From positions 17,236,001 to 17,300,000 of the forward strand of contig NC_043007.1 in assembly GCF_006345805.1 (NCBI RefSeq): DNA of 64,000 nucleotides. Direction: 5' to 3'. Position numbers and translations under genes: made by a program. The notes beneath the pieces are model-generated. The model was not told where the DNA came from. It ran no database searches and saw nothing but the letters and a program-made list of their open reading frames with translations. Shown one piece after another: positions 61,150-64,000 of the stretch; within the stretch, counting starts at the first letter, position 1; the number at the start of each line of letters is the position of its first letter. Origin of the DNA: Octopus sinensis (lineage: Eukaryota).

Positions 61150-61620
61150 ATTCACTTCACCTGGTGACTCCTCATGTGAGTCCCCAGGCCACCAAAAGCA
61201 ATATGGAGATGAACGTGAGCTTGACTTATTAAACAGCATGTGATCCAGCTGAGAAATCACAATGTGAGCAACGGTGGCTTGTGGGAAGATTGTTCTGTTC
61301 ATTTCTTTTCTTATTTTCCTGTAACTCTTCTTCATGTTGTATCCTTTGGATTTTGAAATTTTGAAGCTGGTAAAAGCACTCTCCCCTCCAGTTTATATGG
61401 TTTCCCTCAAGATTCTGAAAGTTTTCTTTTAATGTTTTAATTTGTTCTTATACTATAGAAGTGGCCGGCCTACATTACATCATAAATTTACAAGCTGACC
61501 ATAAAAGATTTGTTTTGGTATTTGACCACTATTCATACAAAGGATGTGTCTACAGCATTGCTTCTGAATCTTGATCAAGAAAGCCTCTATACTGAATATG
61601 CCACACATTTCCAAGAGAGT
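61150..61620 (-). pseudogene. Old RTE-type LINE C-terminal relic
   Basis: HILCMNSGQIPKQIFYGQL resembles the RTE H..RM...R.PKQ..YG.L motif. Confidence 0.55.
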
Positions 61621-61638
61621 ATGTATGTATGTGTATAT

Positions 61639-61670
<32 letters not shown>

Positions 61671-61679
61671 CATGATTCA

Positions 61680-61888
61680 ATATGTGATCGCGTGTGTATC
61701 TTGGCGATTTTTTTTCCCTCCGTCTTCCTTCCTTGGATCTTTCCTTTTCCTATGTTTCTGACGAAGAGCTCCGCTCTAAACGTTAAATCCTCCTTCTTTC
61801 TTTCCTTTCCTGAGCGTCCAATAACACTATACTTGTTCCACGTCCTCGTGTTGTGGTGTTTTCTCTTTGTATTTTCATGTTTGGATTA

Positions 61889-61892
<4 letters not shown>
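61680..61892 (+). mobile_element. Penelope-like pseudo-LTR fragment with a mutated minimal hammerhead (61755-61787)
   Basis: TTT-CTGACGA-A-GAGC-TCC-GCTC-TAAA-CG-T-T-AAA; the GAAA core reads TAAA. A related decayed motif lies at 57832-57868 (minus). Confidence 0.55.
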
Positions 61893-61920
<28 letters not shown>

Positions 61921-61923
<3 letters not shown>

Positions 61924-62064
61924 ATCAAAACAGTTTGATTCAAATTCGTTGGTACTCTTGAGTTTCAAGTGTGATGATAGTCATCAGCCAAAAACAGCTG
62001 ACAATTAGCATCATGCTTGAAACTCAAGAGTACCAATGAATTTGAATCAAACTGTTTTGATCCA
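61921..62064. repeat. 144-bp hairpin: 56-bp inverted arms, 32-nt loop, TA-flanked
   Basis: Arms 61921-61976 and 62009-62064 differ at only three positions. Confidence 0.93.
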
Positions 62065-62163
62065 TACATGTAACTCCCAATAAATTGGTTGAGTGCCCTT
62101 CTTTTATTTGTCCACTCACTCGTATATATCATCATCATCATTTATATACATATATATATATAT

Positions 62164-62198
<35 letters not shown>

Positions 62199-62591
62199 AG
62201 TATGAAACAGGTTTCTCCTCTGTTTCCATTTACCAAATTCACTCACAAGGCACTGAGCAATGTTGTACTATAGTAAAAGACACTTGCCCAAAGTGCCATA
62301 CAGTGAGCGAGACAGAATCTGAAACCAAGGGATTGCAAAGTGTGTTTCTTAACTAGACAGCCATTGTAGAATAAATATCATGAACAACTTTATTGAAAAA
62401 AAAACTCCATTTTTTTACCCACAGCCAATGTCTATAATTTTTAGCAATATATATCTGTTCTTAAGACACACACACACACACACACATACACACACACACA
62501 CACACATACACACACACATACACACACACACATACACACACACACATACACATGCTATGAGCTTTCATGCAATTGTTGTCCACCAAATTCG

Positions 62592-63003
62592 ACTCACACT
62601 CATGGCAGACACCCATAAAATTATTAACCATCTTACAAACAATAACTCTGATCACCTTTTCAAACTCCACCTGTCAAACACCTGTGGACATGACTACAAA
62701 GTCAGAAAACAGCACGGCTCCCATGACTTTCGGAAACATTTTTTCACGCTAAGAGTTGCTGAAGCATGGAACAAACTGCTGACATCAGTAGTTAGTTGTC
62801 GGAGCACTGCATCCTTCAACACTTCCATGCTTCCTGAGATTCGCCAACACTACACCTGATTTTCTCCCCTCCATACACACGCAAGCATGTATCTGACTCA
62901 TACACCGTTCACTTTCCAGACATTTGTACATTACTGCATATGCTTTATATGCACTTTTGACAAGTTGTGGTGCACCTGAGCACTGTATACAATAATTTCA
63001 TTG
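62592..63003 (+). mobile_element. CR1-type LINE 3' end
   Basis: Same family as 10455-10850. Confidence 0.87.
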
Positions 63004-63094
63004 TTAAAATATTGGTCACACTCCATTAAAACAGAATAGGAAACTTTGACAAGCTTCATTAAAGTAGCATAGGAAACCTTCACAGCAGCACACC

Positions 63095-63415
63095 TGTTTC
63101 AGTCTTCATTTTTTTTCTCTCTCTCTCTTTCTCTCTCTCTCTCCCTCTTTCTTCCTCTCTCTCTTTCTCTCTCTCTCTCTCCCTCTTTCTTCCTCCCTCT
63201 CCCTCTCTCTTTCTTTCTCCATCTCTCTCTCTTTCTCTCTCTCCCTTTCTCTCTGACTCTCTCTTTCTCTTTGTCCCTCTCTTTCTTACTCTTTCTCTCT
63301 TTCTTTCTCTCTCTCCCTCTTTCTTTCTTTCTTTCTTTCTTTCTCTCTCTTTCTTTCTCTCCCTCTCTCTCCCCTCTCTCTCTTCCTTTCTCTGTCTCTC
63401 TCCCCTCTCTCTCTG
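63095..63415. repeat. (CT)n-rich polypyrimidine tract
   Basis: Direct reading. Confidence 0.95.
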
Positions 63416-63619
63416 GCCATGTAACCTTGTACCTCCTCCACAGCAAGACACCTGTTTCCGCCTGTCTGTCTCACTATAACCTTTCATCATCTGACACAAG
63501 ACCACCTCCTCCAATGTCCCCTCCCCTCGCAAAAGATTTTTGTCTTGCAAGTTACTTGGTGACCCTGTCAGTGCAGGTGCCACTTAAAAAGCATCCAGTC
63601 CAGACTGTAAAGTGGTTGG

Positions 63620-63977
63620 TGTTTGGAAGGGCATCCAGCTGTAAAAACCTTGCCAAAACTGACCTAAAAAGCACTAACTCCTCTCAGCTGAGTGTTTGAT
63701 GTCAGGAAGGGCATCCAGCTGTAAAAACCTTGCCAAAACTGACCTAAAAAGCACTAACTCCTCTCAGCTGAGTGTTTGATGTCAGGAAGGGCATCCAGCT
63801 GTAAAAACCTTGCCAAAACTGACCTAAAAAGCACTAACTCCTCTCAGCTGAGTGTTTGATGTCAGGAAGGGCATCCAGCTGTAAAAACCTTGCCAAAACT
63901 GACCTAAAAAGCACTAACTCCTCTCAGCTGAGTGTTTGATGTCAGGAAGGGCATCCAGCTGTAAAAATCCTGCCAAA
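63620..63977. repeat. 80-bp tandem repeat, four identical units, derived from the family C core
   Basis: Identical units at 63641-63720, 63721-63800, 63801-63880 and 63881-63960. Confidence 0.97.
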
Positions 63978-64000
63978 GCAGTTACTGAAGTTTAGCGCAG

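Overview
Eukaryotic, AT-rich, microsatellite- and SINE-dense genomic DNA. The repeat families and intron style suggest an octopus or other coleoid cephalopod (inference). One well-supported gene is present: the 3' six coding exons of a Salvador/SAV1 (WW45) Hippo-pathway scaffold on the + strand (1113-22380; low-complexity N-terminal region, two WW domains, SARAH domain). Its 5' exons lie upstream of the window. A probable first coding exon of a second + strand gene starts at 55173 and resembles calmodulin-lysine N-methyltransferase. The rest is transposon-derived: at least five SINE families, RTE, CR1 and Hero-like LINE relics, a DD37D/maT transposase relic, TcMar/hAT-type MITEs and Helitron-like non-autonomous elements. 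The most notable extras are (i) two near-intact hammerhead-ribozyme folds (30029-30109 minus; 46210-46303 plus) and two decayed ones, typical of Penelope-like pseudo-LTRs; (ii) several long fold-back structures, one ending about 60 nt before the splice acceptor of the SARAH exon; (iii) three tandem arrays (109/100-bp, 159-bp, 80-bp), the first two with higher-order structure and possibly inside a long 3' UTR; and (iv) a SINE with visible target-site preference and one-head/two-body dimers. Nearly all long ORFs in the supplied track are microsatellite artefacts. No database searches or folding programs were run; family names rest on recalled motifs.
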